Source of the DNA: Paludibacteraceae bacterium | Lineage (GTDB): Bacteria; Bacteroidota; Bacteroidia; Bacteroidales; Paludibacteraceae | Reading direction: 5' to 3' | DNA length: 64,000 bases | Assembly: GCA_045627765.1 (NCBI GenBank) | Contig: JAZQOG010000036.1 | Coordinates: forward strand, 1,045-65,044 | The notes under the pieces: generated by a model | Seen by the model: only the letters and a program-made list of their open reading frames with translations | Told to the model about the DNA's origin: nothing | Database searches by the model: none | Program-made: the position numbers and the translations under genes | Shown: piece by piece, positions 1 through 9,794 of the stretch | Layout: each line of letters begins with the position of its first letter | Numbering within the stretch: position 1 is the stretch's first letter

Positions 1-513
1 GTCGGAAAAAGTAGGATAACCCACATCATTGATATTCGCTCCCATCATCACGCGTATACCTTGTGCATGCAGGGCGTCAATGACCTTGTGCAGTTCTTCT
101 ACTGTGCCGTAATTAGCGTCAGTTTGGGTATAGTCAAGCGGATAGTAACCGTGATAACCGTAGTGCGGAAAATCATTGACAACGCCGCTTCCCGTCGTCC
201 AACCATGTATCTGCTCATAAGGGTCGGTAAGCCAAACGACATCAACGCCTAAATCCGTAAAGTATCCATCTTGGATTTTTTGGTATAGTCCTGCCCAATC
301 GCCTCCGTGGAAAGTAGAAGCATTGAGGCGTTCAGAACCATAATCGGTGGCACGACCATAGGAGTTATCGTTAGTAGTGTCGCCATTATAAAAACGGTCG
401 GTTAAAAGGAAATAGACAGTTGCTTTATCCCAACTAAAACCATCGGAATTAGACTGCTTTCCACAACTGACAAGCAAAACTAAAGGTAATAGTAATAGAA
501 TCTTTTTCATCAT
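1..513 (-). CDS. GH13 alpha-amylase family lipoprotein, N-terminal 171 codons (gene continues beyond window start)
   Basis: Absent from the ORF track because no stop lies inside the window. Reverse translation from ATG 513 gives MMKKILLLLPLVLLVSCGKQSNSDGFSWDKATVYFLLTDRFYNGDTTND...FPHYGYHGYYPLDY...LHAQGIRVMMGANINDVG. It has a signal peptide with lipobox LVSC and the DRF-NGD and GYHGY motifs typical of GH13 enzymes. Confidence 0.75.
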   Translation of the reverse strand, partial: MMKKILLLLPLVLLVSCGKQSNSDGFSWDKATVYFLLTDRFYNGDTTNDNSYGRATDYGSERLNASTFHGGDWAGLYQKIQDGYFTDLGVDVVWLTDPYEQIHGWTTGSGVVNDFPHYGYHGYYPLDYTQTDANYGTVEELHKVIDALHAQGIRVMMGANINDVGYPTFSD

Positions 514-572
514 AGTTACATCTTGTGAGCGATGGGCAAGTTCGTCTGCCGGACGGTATCTCAATTTCAGTG

Positions 573-580
573 CAAAGGTA
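573..580 (-). promoter_or_regulatory. -7 box TACCTTTG (TAnnTTTG) for the GH13 lipoprotein gene
   Basis: Plus strand reads caaaggta. The -33 TTTG (caaa 601-604) lies 20 nt upstream on the minus strand, and the box is about 60 nt upstream of ATG 513. Confidence 0.7.
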
Positions 581-875
581 CAACTTTTTTCTGATATTTG
601 CAAATAATTCTGTATTTTTCATAAAATATTTGCATATATGCAAAATATTTCGTACCTTCGAGGGCACCGACCTCGCTGCGCTCGCCCACCTCGAATGTAC
701 ATGCCTCGTCTTTATTAATATGAGCAAGTCTTTGGGCTCAACGGCTAACGCCTTCTAATTTCTTTTGTTCTATATTTTCGTGAGCGAGCTCCCAAAATAT
801 ATCTCAAAAGTACTATTATTTGATTAAAAATCAAATTTTGAGCCCAAAATATTTGCTCATACCAAATTTTTGTTG

Positions 876-883
876 TATATTTG
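876..883 (+). promoter_or_regulatory. -7 box TATATTTG for the YhcH-glgB operon
   Basis: Matches the TAnnTTTG consensus 61 nt upstream of ATG 945. Confidence 0.65.
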
Positions 884-944
884 CAGCGTGAATCGTGCAT
901 GTGCGGATAGGCGCACGTGACGAGATGGTTAAAATTATTATATT

Positions 945-1403
945 ATGATACTGGATAGATTAGAAAATGCAGGGCGTTATTTTGAGGTCGTTCCTCGTTT
1001 TGACCAAGTGATGAATTGGCTTGCAAAAACGGACGTAAAATCCCTTCCCGCAGGCACCGAAGTATTAGAAAAAGGTAAACTACTTATCAAAGTCTTAGAG
1101 GTACACGGCAAATTAGAAGAAGACTGTTTGTTTGAAACGCACAACGACTTTATCGATATCCAAATCCCTATCACGGGAGCGGAGTCAATGGGCTGGAAAG
1201 CCAAAGAGACCTGCCGTAACATCGATAAAGAGTACGACGCGTCGATCGATATGGCTCTTTATCGCGAAAAAGCGACTGCTATGACGCAAGTACAACCCGG
1301 TGAGTTTATCGTCTTCTTCCCCGAAGATGCTCACCAGCCGGGTATCGCTGACCCCAAAGCAGATTACCGAAAATTGATTGTTAAAACGCGAGTTATATGT
1401 TAA
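945..1403 (+). CDS. YhcH/YjgK/YiaL family (DUF386, EbgC-like) protein
   Basis: 152 aa. HNDFIDIQIPITGAESMGW and FFPEDAHQP motifs are typical of the family. Translationally coupled to glgB. Confidence 0.7.
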   Translation: MILDRLENAGRYFEVVPRFDQVMNWLAKTDVKSLPAGTEVLEKGKLLIKVLEVHGKLEEDCLFETHNDFIDIQIPITGAESMGWKAKETCRNIDKEYDASIDMALYREKATAMTQVQPGEFIVFFPEDAHQPGIADPKADYRKLIVKTRVIC

Positions 1404-3442
1404 AGATTGTTGCGAAGGATCCCTACCTACAGCCGTTTGAGTCGGCTATTCAGGGACGATACGATTATGCTCTTCGCAAAGAGCAAGAACTAACCGGAGG
1501 TACCCCTCTCAAAGATTGGGCGAACGGGTATATGTATTTTGGCCTCCATCGCACCGCCACCGGTTGGGTGCTGCGCGAGTGGGCTCCTAACGCCACCGCT
1601 ATCTATGTCAAAGGCGACATGAACGGCTGGGCAAAAGATGAGTATTACCGCTTGCAACCCATCGGCAATGGCGTATGGGAAAAAGAGTGGCCGGCAGAAG
1701 CCCTACAACACGAACAACTCTACAAACTGTTGGTAGAGTGGAACGGCGGTTGGGGCGAACGTATCCCTTCCTACGCCACCCGCGTAGTGCAAGACGAACA
1801 AACGAAGATCTTCTCGGCGCAAGTATGGTGCTCGGAACAAGGAACAAAGACAAAGGACAAAGGACAAAAGAAACGTCCGACGATTAAGTGGCAGGCGGGG
1901 AAGGATAAACCGCTGTTTATCTACGAGTGCCATATCGGAATGTCGGGCGAGGAAGAGAGAGTGAACTCGTACGAGCAGTTCCGTCAAGAAGTGCTGCCTC
2001 GCGTAGAGAAATTAGGGTACAACTGCTTGCAGATTATGGCTATCCAAGAACATCCCTACTACGGTAGTTTTGGTTACCACGTAAGTAATTTCTTTGCTGC
2101 CAGTTCGCGTTTCGGTACCCCCGAGGAACTGAAAGCACTCATTGACGATGCCCATAGCCGGAACATTGCCGTCATCATGGATATCGTTCACTCGCATGCC
2201 GTGAAGAACGAACGCGAGGGATTAGGGAACTTTGATGGTACGCCCTACCAATATTTCCACGGAGGCTGGCGTCGTGAGCACCCGGCATGGGATAGTTTAT
2301 GTTTCGACTACGCCAAACCGCAAGTGATGCACTTCTTGCTGTCGAACTGTAAGTTCTGGATGGACGAGTACGGTTTCGACGGGTTCCGTTTCGATGGTGT
2401 GACCTCGATGATGTACCTCAGCCATGGTCTGGGAGAAGACTTCAATGGCTATGGCAGTTACTATACACCGAATGCCGATGGCGATGCGATCTGTTATCTA
2501 ACGTTGGCGAATAAACTGATTCACGAAGTTAAGAAAAACGCTATCACCATTGCCGAAGATATGTCCGGCATGCCGGGTCTGGCATGCCCCATCGCAGATG
2601 GAGGTATGGGCTTTGACTACCGCTTGGCGATGGGCATACCCGATTTCTGGATTAAGTATATCAAAGAGCAAAAAGACGAGGACTGGAAGGGCGGTCATAT
2701 CCTGTACGAGATGACTAACCGCCGTCAAGATGAGAAGACCATCTCCTACGCAGAGAGCCATGACCAAGCCTTAGTAGGCGATAAGACGATTATCTTCCGC
2801 CTCATCGATGCGGATATGTATTGGCATTTCGAGCATGGACATTCGACCTATATGGTGGACCGCGGTATCGCACTCCATAAGATGATCCGTCTGATTACGG
2901 CCTCGACCATCAATGGTGGGTACCTTAACTTCATGGGCAATGAGTTTGGTCATCCCGAATGGATCGACTTTCCGCGCCAAGGCAATGGCTGGAGTTATAA
3001 GTACGCCCGTCGTCAGTGGAGTTTAGTGGACCATCCGAACTATTACTTTGCGGACTTAGACCGCTTTGACACTGCGATGGTTAGCCTCTTAGAGCAAAAA
3101 CTCCAAATGGTGAAAGACGAGAATGGTATCCATCTGCCATGGGTTTATACGCTGTGGGATAATGAGGGCGACCAAGTGATCGCTTATCGTCGTGGAAACC
3201 TCATCTTCGTGTTTAACTGGAATGGCGTTAAGTCCTTCTCCGACTACGGAATCTTAGCCCCCGAAGGGAAATACAAGGTGGTGCTCAATACCGACGCCCA
3301 AGAGTTTGCCGGTTTTGGACTGTCAGACGATAGCGTCGAACACTTCACACAACCCGATAATTTATATAAGAAAGATAAAAAAGGCTGGTTAAAACTTTAC
3401 CTACCTGCTCGTTCAGCGGTAGTCTTAGAAATGATGAATTGA
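1397..3442 (+). CDS. glgB: 1,4-alpha-glucan branching enzyme (GH13, eukaryote-like type)
   Basis: 681 aa. GH13 conserved regions DIVHSHA, GFRFDGVTSM, AEDMSG and YAESHDQ are present. The start overlaps the upstream stop (ATGTTAA). Confidence 0.9.
   Translation: MLKIVAKDPYLQPFESAIQGRYDYALRKEQELTGGTPLKDWANGYMYFGLHRTATGWVLREWAPNATAIYVKGDMNGWAKDEYYRLQPIGNGVWEKEWPAEALQHEQLYKLLVEWNGGWGERIPSYATRVVQDEQTKIFSAQVWCSEQGTKTKDKGQKKRPTIKWQAGKDKPLFIYECHIGMSGEEERVNSYEQFRQEVLPRVEKLGYNCLQIMAIQEHPYYGSFGYHVSNFFAASSRFGTPEELKALIDDAHSRNIAVIMDIVHSHAVKNEREGLGNFDGTPYQYFHGGWRREHPAWDSLCFDYAKPQVMHFLLSNCKFWMDEYGFDGFRFDGVTSMMYLSHGLGEDFNGYGSYYTPNADGDAICYLTLANKLIHEVKKNAITIAEDMSGMPGLACPIADGGMGFDYRLAMGIPDFWIKYIKEQKDEDWKGGHILYEMTNRRQDEKTISYAESHDQALVGDKTIIFRLIDADMYWHFEHGHSTYMVDRGIALHKMIRLITASTINGGYLNFMGNEFGHPEWIDFPRQGNGWSYKYARRQWSLVDHPNYYFADLDRFDTAMVSLLEQKLQMVKDENGIHLPWVYTLWDNEGDQVIAYRRGNLIFVFNWNGVKSFSDYGILAPEGKYKVVLNTDAQEFAGFGLSDDSVEHFTQPDNLYKKDKKGWLKLYLPARSAVVLEMMN
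1834..1875 (+). repeat. 7-bp-period tract inside glgB (6 units, 42 nt, in frame)
   Basis: GGAACAA GGAACAA AGACAAA GGACAAA GGACAAA AGAAACG, encoding EQGTKTKDKGQKK between the N-terminal domain and the catalytic core. Confidence 0.8.
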
Positions 3443-3473
3443 ACCGCCACATCGTGGCTAAATGATGAATTGA
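3429..3473 (+). repeat. 14-bp direct repeat AAATGATGAATTGA x2 flanking a 17-nt hairpin. The first copy contains the glgB stop.
   Basis: Copies at 3429-3442 and 3460-3473 are identical, with spacer accgccacatcgtggct (GCCAC/GTGGC stem). The same 14-mer recurs on the minus strand at 57057-57070. Confidence 0.85.
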
Positions 3474-3494
3474 TAATTTATAAATTTAAAGAAT

Positions 3495-4289
3495 ATGCGA
3501 GTTATTATTCAATCCAATTATGAATTGATGTCCGAATGGGCAGCCAATTATGTAGCCAAAAAAATCAATGAGTTTGGTCCGAAAGAGAGTCGTCCTTTCG
3601 TGTTAGGTCTTCCTACGGGAAGTAGTCCTTTAGGGATGTACCAACAACTGATTAAGCTCAATCAAGCCGGAAAAGTTAGTTTCCGCAATGTAGTCACGTT
3701 TAATATGGACGAATATGTGGGTATTCCCGAGGAGCACCCCGAGAGTTATCATAGTTTTATGTGGAATAACTTCTTCAGTCATATCGACATTCGCAAAGAG
3801 AATGTAAATATCCTCAATGGAAATGCCGCAGACTTAGATGCCGAGTGCGCTCGTTATGAGGCTAAGATTAAACAAATGGGAGGTATCAACCTGTTCTTAG
3901 GCGGTATCGGTCCGGATGGACATATCGCTTTCAACGAACCCGGGTCGTCTTTGACTTCGCGTACTCGTAAGAAAGAGTTGACCACCGACACGATCATCGC
4001 TAACAGTCGTTTCTTCAATAACGACGTGAACCTCGTACCTAAGACCGCTTTGACGGTAGGTGTGGGGACAGTGATGGATGCCCAAGAAGTGCTGATTCTT
4101 GTCAATGGTCACAACAAAGCCCGCGCGTTACTGCACGCTATCGAGAAACCTATTTCTCACATGTGGACGGTAAGTGCCTTGCAGATGCACCAACATGGTA
4201 TCATCGTTTGCGACGAGGCTGCTTGCGACGAACTGAAAGTCGGCACATTCCGCTATTTCAAAGATATCGAAAAAAATAACTTATTATAA
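3495..4289 (+). CDS. nagB: glucosamine-6-phosphate deaminase
   Basis: 264 aa. [13 protein letters not shown] and [16 protein letters not shown] motifs. Confidence 0.9.
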   Translation: MRVIIQSNYELMSEWAANYVAKKINEFGPKESRPFVLGLPTGSSPLGMYQQLIKLNQAGKVSFRNVVTFNMDEYVGIPEEHPESYHSFMWNNFFSHIDIRKENVNILNGNAADLDAECARYEAKIKQMGGINLFLGGIGPDGHIAFNEPGSSLTSRTRKKELTTDTIIANSRFFNNDVNLVPKTALTVGVGTVMDAQEVLILVNGHNKARALLHAIEKPISHMWTVSALQMHQHGIIVCDEAACDELKVGTFRYFKDIEKNNLL

Positions 4290-5785
4290 TGTTACAAATT
4301 TATAATACACTGACAAGGCAAAAAGAGTATTTCCGTCCTTTGCACGAGGGACATGTGGGTATGTATGTATGCGGTCCTACCGTTTATGGGGATGCCCATT
4401 TGGGTCATGCTCGTCCTGCCATCACGTTTGATGTGCTCTATCGTTACCTTATGCAGTTAGGGTATAAGGTGCGCTATGTCCGTAATATCACCGACGTAGG
4501 CCACCTTGAGCACGATGCCGATGAGGGCGAGGATAAGATTGCTAAGAAAGCGCGTCTTGAACAACTCGAACCGATGGAGGTGGTGCAGTATTACACCAAT
4601 CGTTATCACCACGATATGGAGGCACTGAACGTTCTGCCACCCAGTATCGAACCGCACGCCAGTGGACACATCATTGAACAGATCAACTTTGTTCAACAGA
4701 TCCTCGACAAAGGCTACGCTTACGTAAGCGAGGGGAGTGTCTATATGGATGTGGAGAAATATGCGAAGGACTATCCGTACGGCAAACTCAGTGGTCGTAA
4801 CTTAGAGCAGATTAAGACGGAGACACGCGAGTTGGACGGTCAAGCAGAGAAGAAACACAGTTACGACTTTGCCCTTTGGAAGAAAGCTTCTCCTGAACAC
4901 ATCATGCACTGGCCAAGTCCTTGGTCGGAAGGTTTCCCGGGTTGGCACATGGAGTGCTCTACGATGGGAACGAAATACTTAGGAGAGGAGTTCGATATCC
5001 ATGGGGGTGGCATGGATCTTATGTTCCCTCATCACGAGGCAGAGATAGCGCAGTCGTGTGCCGCTTTAGGGCATGACTCGGTGCGCTACTGGATGCATAA
5101 CAACATGATCACCATTGCGGGAAAGAAGATGGGTAAGAGTTATCATAACTTCATCACTTTGGAGCAGTTCTTCAAGGGCGAACACGAACTCTTGTCTAAA
5201 CCCTTCTCGCCGATGACGATTCGTTTCTTTATCTTGATGGCGCATTACCGTTCGACAGTGGACTTCTCTTCGGCGGCTTTGGAGGCTGCGGAAAAAGGGT
5301 TAAGTCGAATGCAAGACGCCTATGCTCGTCTAATGAAACTGACAGCAGGAGCGACCACGACGGTGGATATAGCCGGTCTGCGAGAGCACTGCCAAGAGGC
5401 GATGGACGATGACCTCAATACGCCTATCGTACTCCAACACCTCTTTGATTCAGCCAAAGCGATTAACACCATCGCCGATGGGAAAGGTTCTATTACAGCG
5501 GCAGACTTAGACGAACTCAAAGCGGTTTGGAAGACGTATGCTATAGATGTGTTAGGACTGAGATTGGAAGGTTTAGAGGCAGATGGGCTGATAGGCGCGG
5601 CTGCAAGCAGCCTAAAGGCGGATGGGCAAGATGCCTATAAGAAAGCCGTTGACTTACTGCTCACCCTTCGTCTCGAAGCCAAACAGAACAAAGATTGGGC
5701 AACGAGTGATAAGATTCGCAATGAACTGACCGCCTTAGGATTCGCTATCAAGGATACAAAGGATGGTTTTGAGTGGTCCCTATAA
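4289..5785 (+). CDS. cysS: cysteine--tRNA ligase
   Basis: 498 aa. Class I HIGH (HLGHA) and KMSKS (KMGKS) motifs. TAATG overlap with nagB. Confidence 0.95.
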   Translation: MLQIYNTLTRQKEYFRPLHEGHVGMYVCGPTVYGDAHLGHARPAITFDVLYRYLMQLGYKVRYVRNITDVGHLEHDADEGEDKIAKKARLEQLEPMEVVQYYTNRYHHDMEALNVLPPSIEPHASGHIIEQINFVQQILDKGYAYVSEGSVYMDVEKYAKDYPYGKLSGRNLEQIKTETRELDGQAEKKHSYDFALWKKASPEHIMHWPSPWSEGFPGWHMECSTMGTKYLGEEFDIHGGGMDLMFPHHEAEIAQSCAALGHDSVRYWMHNNMITIAGKKMGKSYHNFITLEQFFKGEHELLSKPFSPMTIRFFILMAHYRSTVDFSSAALEAAEKGLSRMQDAYARLMKLTAGATTTVDIAGLREHCQEAMDDDLNTPIVLQHLFDSAKAINTIADGKGSITAADLDELKAVWKTYAIDVLGLRLEGLEADGLIGAAASSLKADGQDAYKKAVDLLLTLRLEAKQNKDWATSDKIRNELTALGFAIKDTKDGFEWSL

Positions 5786-8272
5786 GTGCGCAAAAGTAGG
5801 TACATAAAAATCCTAACGCTATTGTTATGCATCATCCTCTGTTACCCCAATCGGGTGTATGCGGAGGATGAGGATGATGTTACCAAATCGGTTCATCTGC
5901 GTACGGTGGTGGTTAAACCGAATCTTCCGACAAAGTATCAATATCGCCGCAAAGGGAATCCGGCTGTCACTTTCATGGAACAAGTGATTGCGCACAAGGA
6001 CTCCCAAACGGTGAAGACCATGCCTTACTACACGACGAACGAGTATTCTCGTACAGCCTTCTCGCTCAACGATTTTAGACCGAACTTTGAGAAAGGTTTT
6101 TGGAAAGGGTACGGCTGCGTAAGCAAGTATATTGATACAACGAATGCGGCTCGTCCTTCGTTGACGGTGTCTATGCGCGAGAGCCTCTCGCATGAGTATT
6201 ACCGGCGTGACCCGAAACAGGAAAAAACCGTCATTGAACGCAAACGCAAGTACGGTATCGAGGATATGTTCACTACCCAAGCGTTGAGCAACACGATGGA
6301 TCAAGTGTTCAAACCCATCGACATCAATGACAATGATATCACCTTACTCTTCAACCGATTTGTGTCACCTTTGTCTTCCACTCTTGCTATCGCTTATTAC
6401 CATTTCTATCTGCTCGATACCGTGGAGGTGGATGGAGATATCTGTCAAGAAGTGGCTTTTGTTCCCGTCAATGCAGAGAGTTATGCTTTTTCCGGCTCTC
6501 TTTTTGTCCTTGACGACGGGTCGTATAAGGTGAAAGCTTACACCCTTCGGTTGCCTCAACTGTTCACCGTTAATTTTGTGGACGAGGTAAAGATTGACCA
6601 TACCTATCGACGCTTGTCTAACGGGTTATGGGCTAACGATAGAACGAATATCGTCACGGATTTCTTTGTTTTTAACCGAAAGAAAAACCTCACCGGACGG
6701 CATACGCATGTCTATAGGGACTATGACTTTGAACCGATTAATGATGAGGTTTTTGCTTTTTCGTTGGTCTCCGATTCCGTAGGACGAAAAGACACACTCA
6801 CTTTCAACCAGCGGATGGCTTTGTGGGACTCCATTCGTCCCGAACCCTTATCGAAACATGAGATTGCTATTCTTGATTTGTTGGAAGAGTGCAAACGCCT
6901 ACCGCGGTTTAACTCGTTGATTATGTTCTGCGACGCCATCAGTAGCCGGTATGTCGCCACCACTCCTTCCTACCGTTGGGGCGAGTCGAAATGGGATTTT
7001 GGTCCGATCTATAATATGTTCTCTTGGAATATCCTCGAGGGTTTTCGTTTCCGTTTAGGGGGAATGACGACCGCCAGAGCTAATCCGCATCTGTTCTTCA
7101 AAGGCTATGTTGCGTTTAGTACCAAGGACTTGTTGCCCAAAGGAAATGCAACGATTATCTATTCGTTTAACAAAAAGAAATACCAGCCCTTTGAACCTTG
7201 GCGACATTATATATCCGTGATGGGGCAGTATGACGTAGAAGAAACCGGCGCAGCCGAAGGGTGGCTCGGGCGTGATAATATCTTTCGATCGGTTCCGCTG
7301 ATGAAACCTAAGATGAGGAATTACGAATATGTAGCTCGCGCGAGGTTGGAATATATGAAAGAATGGCCGACTCATTTCTCTGTTCGGGCTCGTTTCGACT
7401 TTGAGAACAATAAAGCGGCAGGTTCATTGCATTACGACCGTGTGACGGCTTATCAAAATGGACAAATAGTTGCCACTCAACGCATGGATGCCTATAATAA
7501 TTACGAAGGGGAAGTGGAGTTACTCTATATGCCCGGCGGCTCTTTTCCGGTTAGCCGAGAAGGTGTAGATACCCGATTTACCTTAGAGAAAGACGGACCG
7601 GTGGTGAGTTTGACACATCAGATGGGCTTCTTAGATGACCGCCAATCGGGTGGGGAAGGGTTCTATTATAACCACACTAAGATCGGCGTCGCCAAACGAT
7701 TCTGGTTTTCGTCTTTTGGACATCTTGACACACGCTTACAAGTCGGATATATCTGGAACCAAGTGCCGTTTATGAAACTCTATTCTCCTGCAACGTCTTC
7801 TATTTTCATTCTCAATGACAATGGGCTTAATGCTATGCAGCCGATGGAGTTTATGATGGACCGTTATATAGACTGGTCGATGACTTATTACTTCAAGGGA
7901 TGGATATTCAATCGTATTCCGGGCATCAATCGCTTGCAACTGAGAGGACTTGTCTCCTTCTCCGGCGTATATGGCTACTTGGGTAAACGTAATAACCCCT
8001 ATCTGGAAGGAAATGAAGGGTTGTATCAGTTCTCGGACGCGTCTAAATGGACGGAAACGGGCGAGTATATCGAGGGTTATACCTCTTCGCCTATCGGCAA
8101 GTTGCCGTATATGGAACTCACCGTTGGATTGGAGAATATCTTCAAGGTAGTGCGTATCGATTATATACGTCGATTGACCTATAATGAATATACCTTACCG
8201 AGTGGAATGACCCGTAAGTATGGCGGTTGGGGTCGCAATGGCGTTAAAGTCTCTTTCCACTTCGAGTTCTAA
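5786..8272 (+). CDS. large outer-membrane-type protein, DUF5686-like
   Basis: 828 aa. GTG start directly after the cysS stop, signal-like N-terminus IKILTLLLCIILCYPNRVYA, aromatic-rich beta-barrel-like C-terminus ending in F. The family name is my recognition only. Confidence 0.5.
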   Translation: MRKSRYIKILTLLLCIILCYPNRVYAEDEDDVTKSVHLRTVVVKPNLPTKYQYRRKGNPAVTFMEQVIAHKDSQTVKTMPYYTTNEYSRTAFSLNDFRPNFEKGFWKGYGCVSKYIDTTNAARPSLTVSMRESLSHEYYRRDPKQEKTVIERKRKYGIEDMFTTQALSNTMDQVFKPIDINDNDITLLFNRFVSPLSSTLAIAYYHFYLLDTVEVDGDICQEVAFVPVNAESYAFSGSLFVLDDGSYKVKAYTLRLPQLFTVNFVDEVKIDHTYRRLSNGLWANDRTNIVTDFFVFNRKKNLTGRHTHVYRDYDFEPINDEVFAFSLVSDSVGRKDTLTFNQRMALWDSIRPEPLSKHEIAILDLLEECKRLPRFNSLIMFCDAISSRYVATTPSYRWGESKWDFGPIYNMFSWNILEGFRFRLGGMTTARANPHLFFKGYVAFSTKDLLPKGNATIIYSFNKKKYQPFEPWRHYISVMGQYDVEETGAAEGWLGRDNIFRSVPLMKPKMRNYEYVARARLEYMKEWPTHFSVRARFDFENNKAAGSLHYDRVTAYQNGQIVATQRMDAYNNYEGEVELLYMPGGSFPVSREGVDTRFTLEKDGPVVSLTHQMGFLDDRQSGGEGFYYNHTKIGVAKRFWFSSFGHLDTRLQVGYIWNQVPFMKLYSPATSSIFILNDNGLNAMQPMEFMMDRYIDWSMTYYFKGWIFNRIPGINRLQLRGLVSFSGVYGYLGKRNNPYLEGNEGLYQFSDASKWTETGEYIEGYTSSPIGKLPYMELTVGLENIFKVVRIDYIRRLTYNEYTLPSGMTRKYGGWGRNGVKVSFHFEF

Positions 8273-8829
8273 AGGTAGCGTTTCAGTTGCTCATATACCC
8301 GACAGATTGGGAAGCCCATCACATTGAAATAGGAGCCTTCCATCTTCGTCACGCCGATATAGCCGATATACTCTTGCACGCCGTAGGCTCCTGCCTTATC
8401 TAAAGGACGGTAATGGGAGACATAATAGTCGATTTCCTCCTCTGTCAAAGTGCGGAAGGTCACATCCGTCTTATCCACAAACGATTCGTATTTGCCTTGA
8501 TAAAGGAAGGTCACCCCCGTAAAGACTTGGTGGGTCTGTCCCGATAACTCGCGTAACATTTGTTTGGCTTGCTCGTCGTCATGGGGCTTGCCTAACATGT
8601 GGTCATCCACCCACACAATCGTATCGGCAGTGATAAGAAGGTCTTCCGCTTTCATCTGTGCCTCGTACGCGCGCGCTTTTGCGCGTGATATATATAAAGG
8701 TATGTCCCCTGCCTGTAACGAGGGGGGATAGGTCTCGTCGGCATCTATGCTGATAGCGGTAAAAGGAATATCTAACCCGGCCATCAGTTCGCGACGACGA
8801 GGCGACTGGGATCCTAAAATTATATTCAT
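8269..8829 (-). CDS. maf: Maf-like nucleoside triphosphate pyrophosphatase
   Basis: 186 aa. ILGSQSPRRRELM N-terminal motif and GAYGVQE. Confidence 0.85.
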   Translation of the reverse strand: MNIILGSQSPRRRELMAGLDIPFTAISIDADETYPPSLQAGDIPLYISRAKARAYEAQMKAEDLLITADTIVWVDDHMLGKPHDDEQAKQMLRELSGQTHQVFTGVTFLYQGKYESFVDKTDVTFRTLTEEEIDYYVSHYRPLDKAGAYGVQEYIGYIGVTKMEGSYFNVMGFPICRVYEQLKRYL

Positions 8830-8831
8830 TA

Positions 8832-9794
8832 CTACATCATTCTTTGGATGACAAACGAGAACAGCGTTCCCATAAACATGACGAACTTCATATAAAGCTG
8901 CGGAGCTTTGTAGTCAGACGGAATCTTCGCTCGCCATAGTAGCACCAAGACGCAAACGAGGGGGAGTAATACGACCAGTCCTAAATATCGGGTGGCAAGT
9001 GAGGTGAAGGAAGTGTCAAACGGCAGCAGTCCCCAATGGCAGTAGCACAAACCGGCTAAGGTCATTACGATAAGTGTCGTTACGATAATCTTCGCCTTGG
9101 TGTCTCCTAACACGACGGGTAGGGTGTGACACTCTAATTCCGCATCGCCGATCTCGTCTTGCATATCCTTGATGATCTCGCGTATCCAAGTGGTGATAAA
9201 AGCAAAGAGGGCAAACCCGCCTAACCACATCAATAGGCTGTGTGCTAAAGGGGTCTGGGAAACGATATCCCCAAACCGGTCGTATAACTTATGGGCATAA
9301 CCGATGTTGGCAAACGCAATGATAAGGGGTGGACAAGCCGCTAAGAGGGCAATAATCAAGTTCCCTACAAGGAACTGACGCTTATAACCCGATGAGTAAA
9401 ACCATAACAATCCGGGTGCGATACCAAACAGGATACCTAATGTCCAACTACGGCAGAGGATAGCCGCCACGATACCGGCAACCAAACCGATAGCCGATAG
9501 GCAGATACTTAGCCGAAAAGCCGTGTCTTTAGGGATGGTGCGCGTGACGATGACTTGGTCGGGACGATTGATGCGGTCAATCTTCACATCGAAATAGTCG
9601 TTAATCACATACCCTCCGGCAGCAATGAGAACGGTCGCCCCTATCAAAAGGGCTAAAAACCCATTACTCAAGATGACATCATATCGAATGGATAGGAGAA
9701 CGGGAATGGCTACCCATTTCTCCATCGTCCATAACACGATAGCTAAGAACAGCAGGTTAGACCACCGTATGAGGTGTAGGATATCGCGTATCAT
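8832..9794 (-). CDS. UbiA-family prenyltransferase (polytopic membrane protein)
   Basis: 320 aa. NDYFDVKIDRINRPD motif, a second Asp-rich motif KDMQDEIGD, and about 8 hydrophobic helices. Confidence 0.8.
   Translation of the reverse strand: MIRDILHLIRWSNLLFLAIVLWTMEKWVAIPVLLSIRYDVILSNGFLALLIGATVLIAAGGYVINDYFDVKIDRINRPDQVIVTRTIPKDTAFRLSICLSAIGLVAGIVAAILCRSWTLGILFGIAPGLLWFYSSGYKRQFLVGNLIIALLAACPPLIIAFANIGYAHKLYDRFGDIVSQTPLAHSLLMWLGGFALFAFITTWIREIIKDMQDEIGDAELECHTLPVVLGDTKAKIIVTTLIVMTLAGLCYCHWGLLPFDTSFTSLATRYLGLVVLLPLVCVLVLLWRAKIPSDYKAPQLYMKFVMFMGTLFSFVIQRMM

Noticed and set aside
449-758. ORFs 449-727 (-) and 525-758 (+).
   Set aside because: They span the GH13 gene start, its promoter and the palindrome/hairpin region. 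Their composition is atypical and no start context is present.
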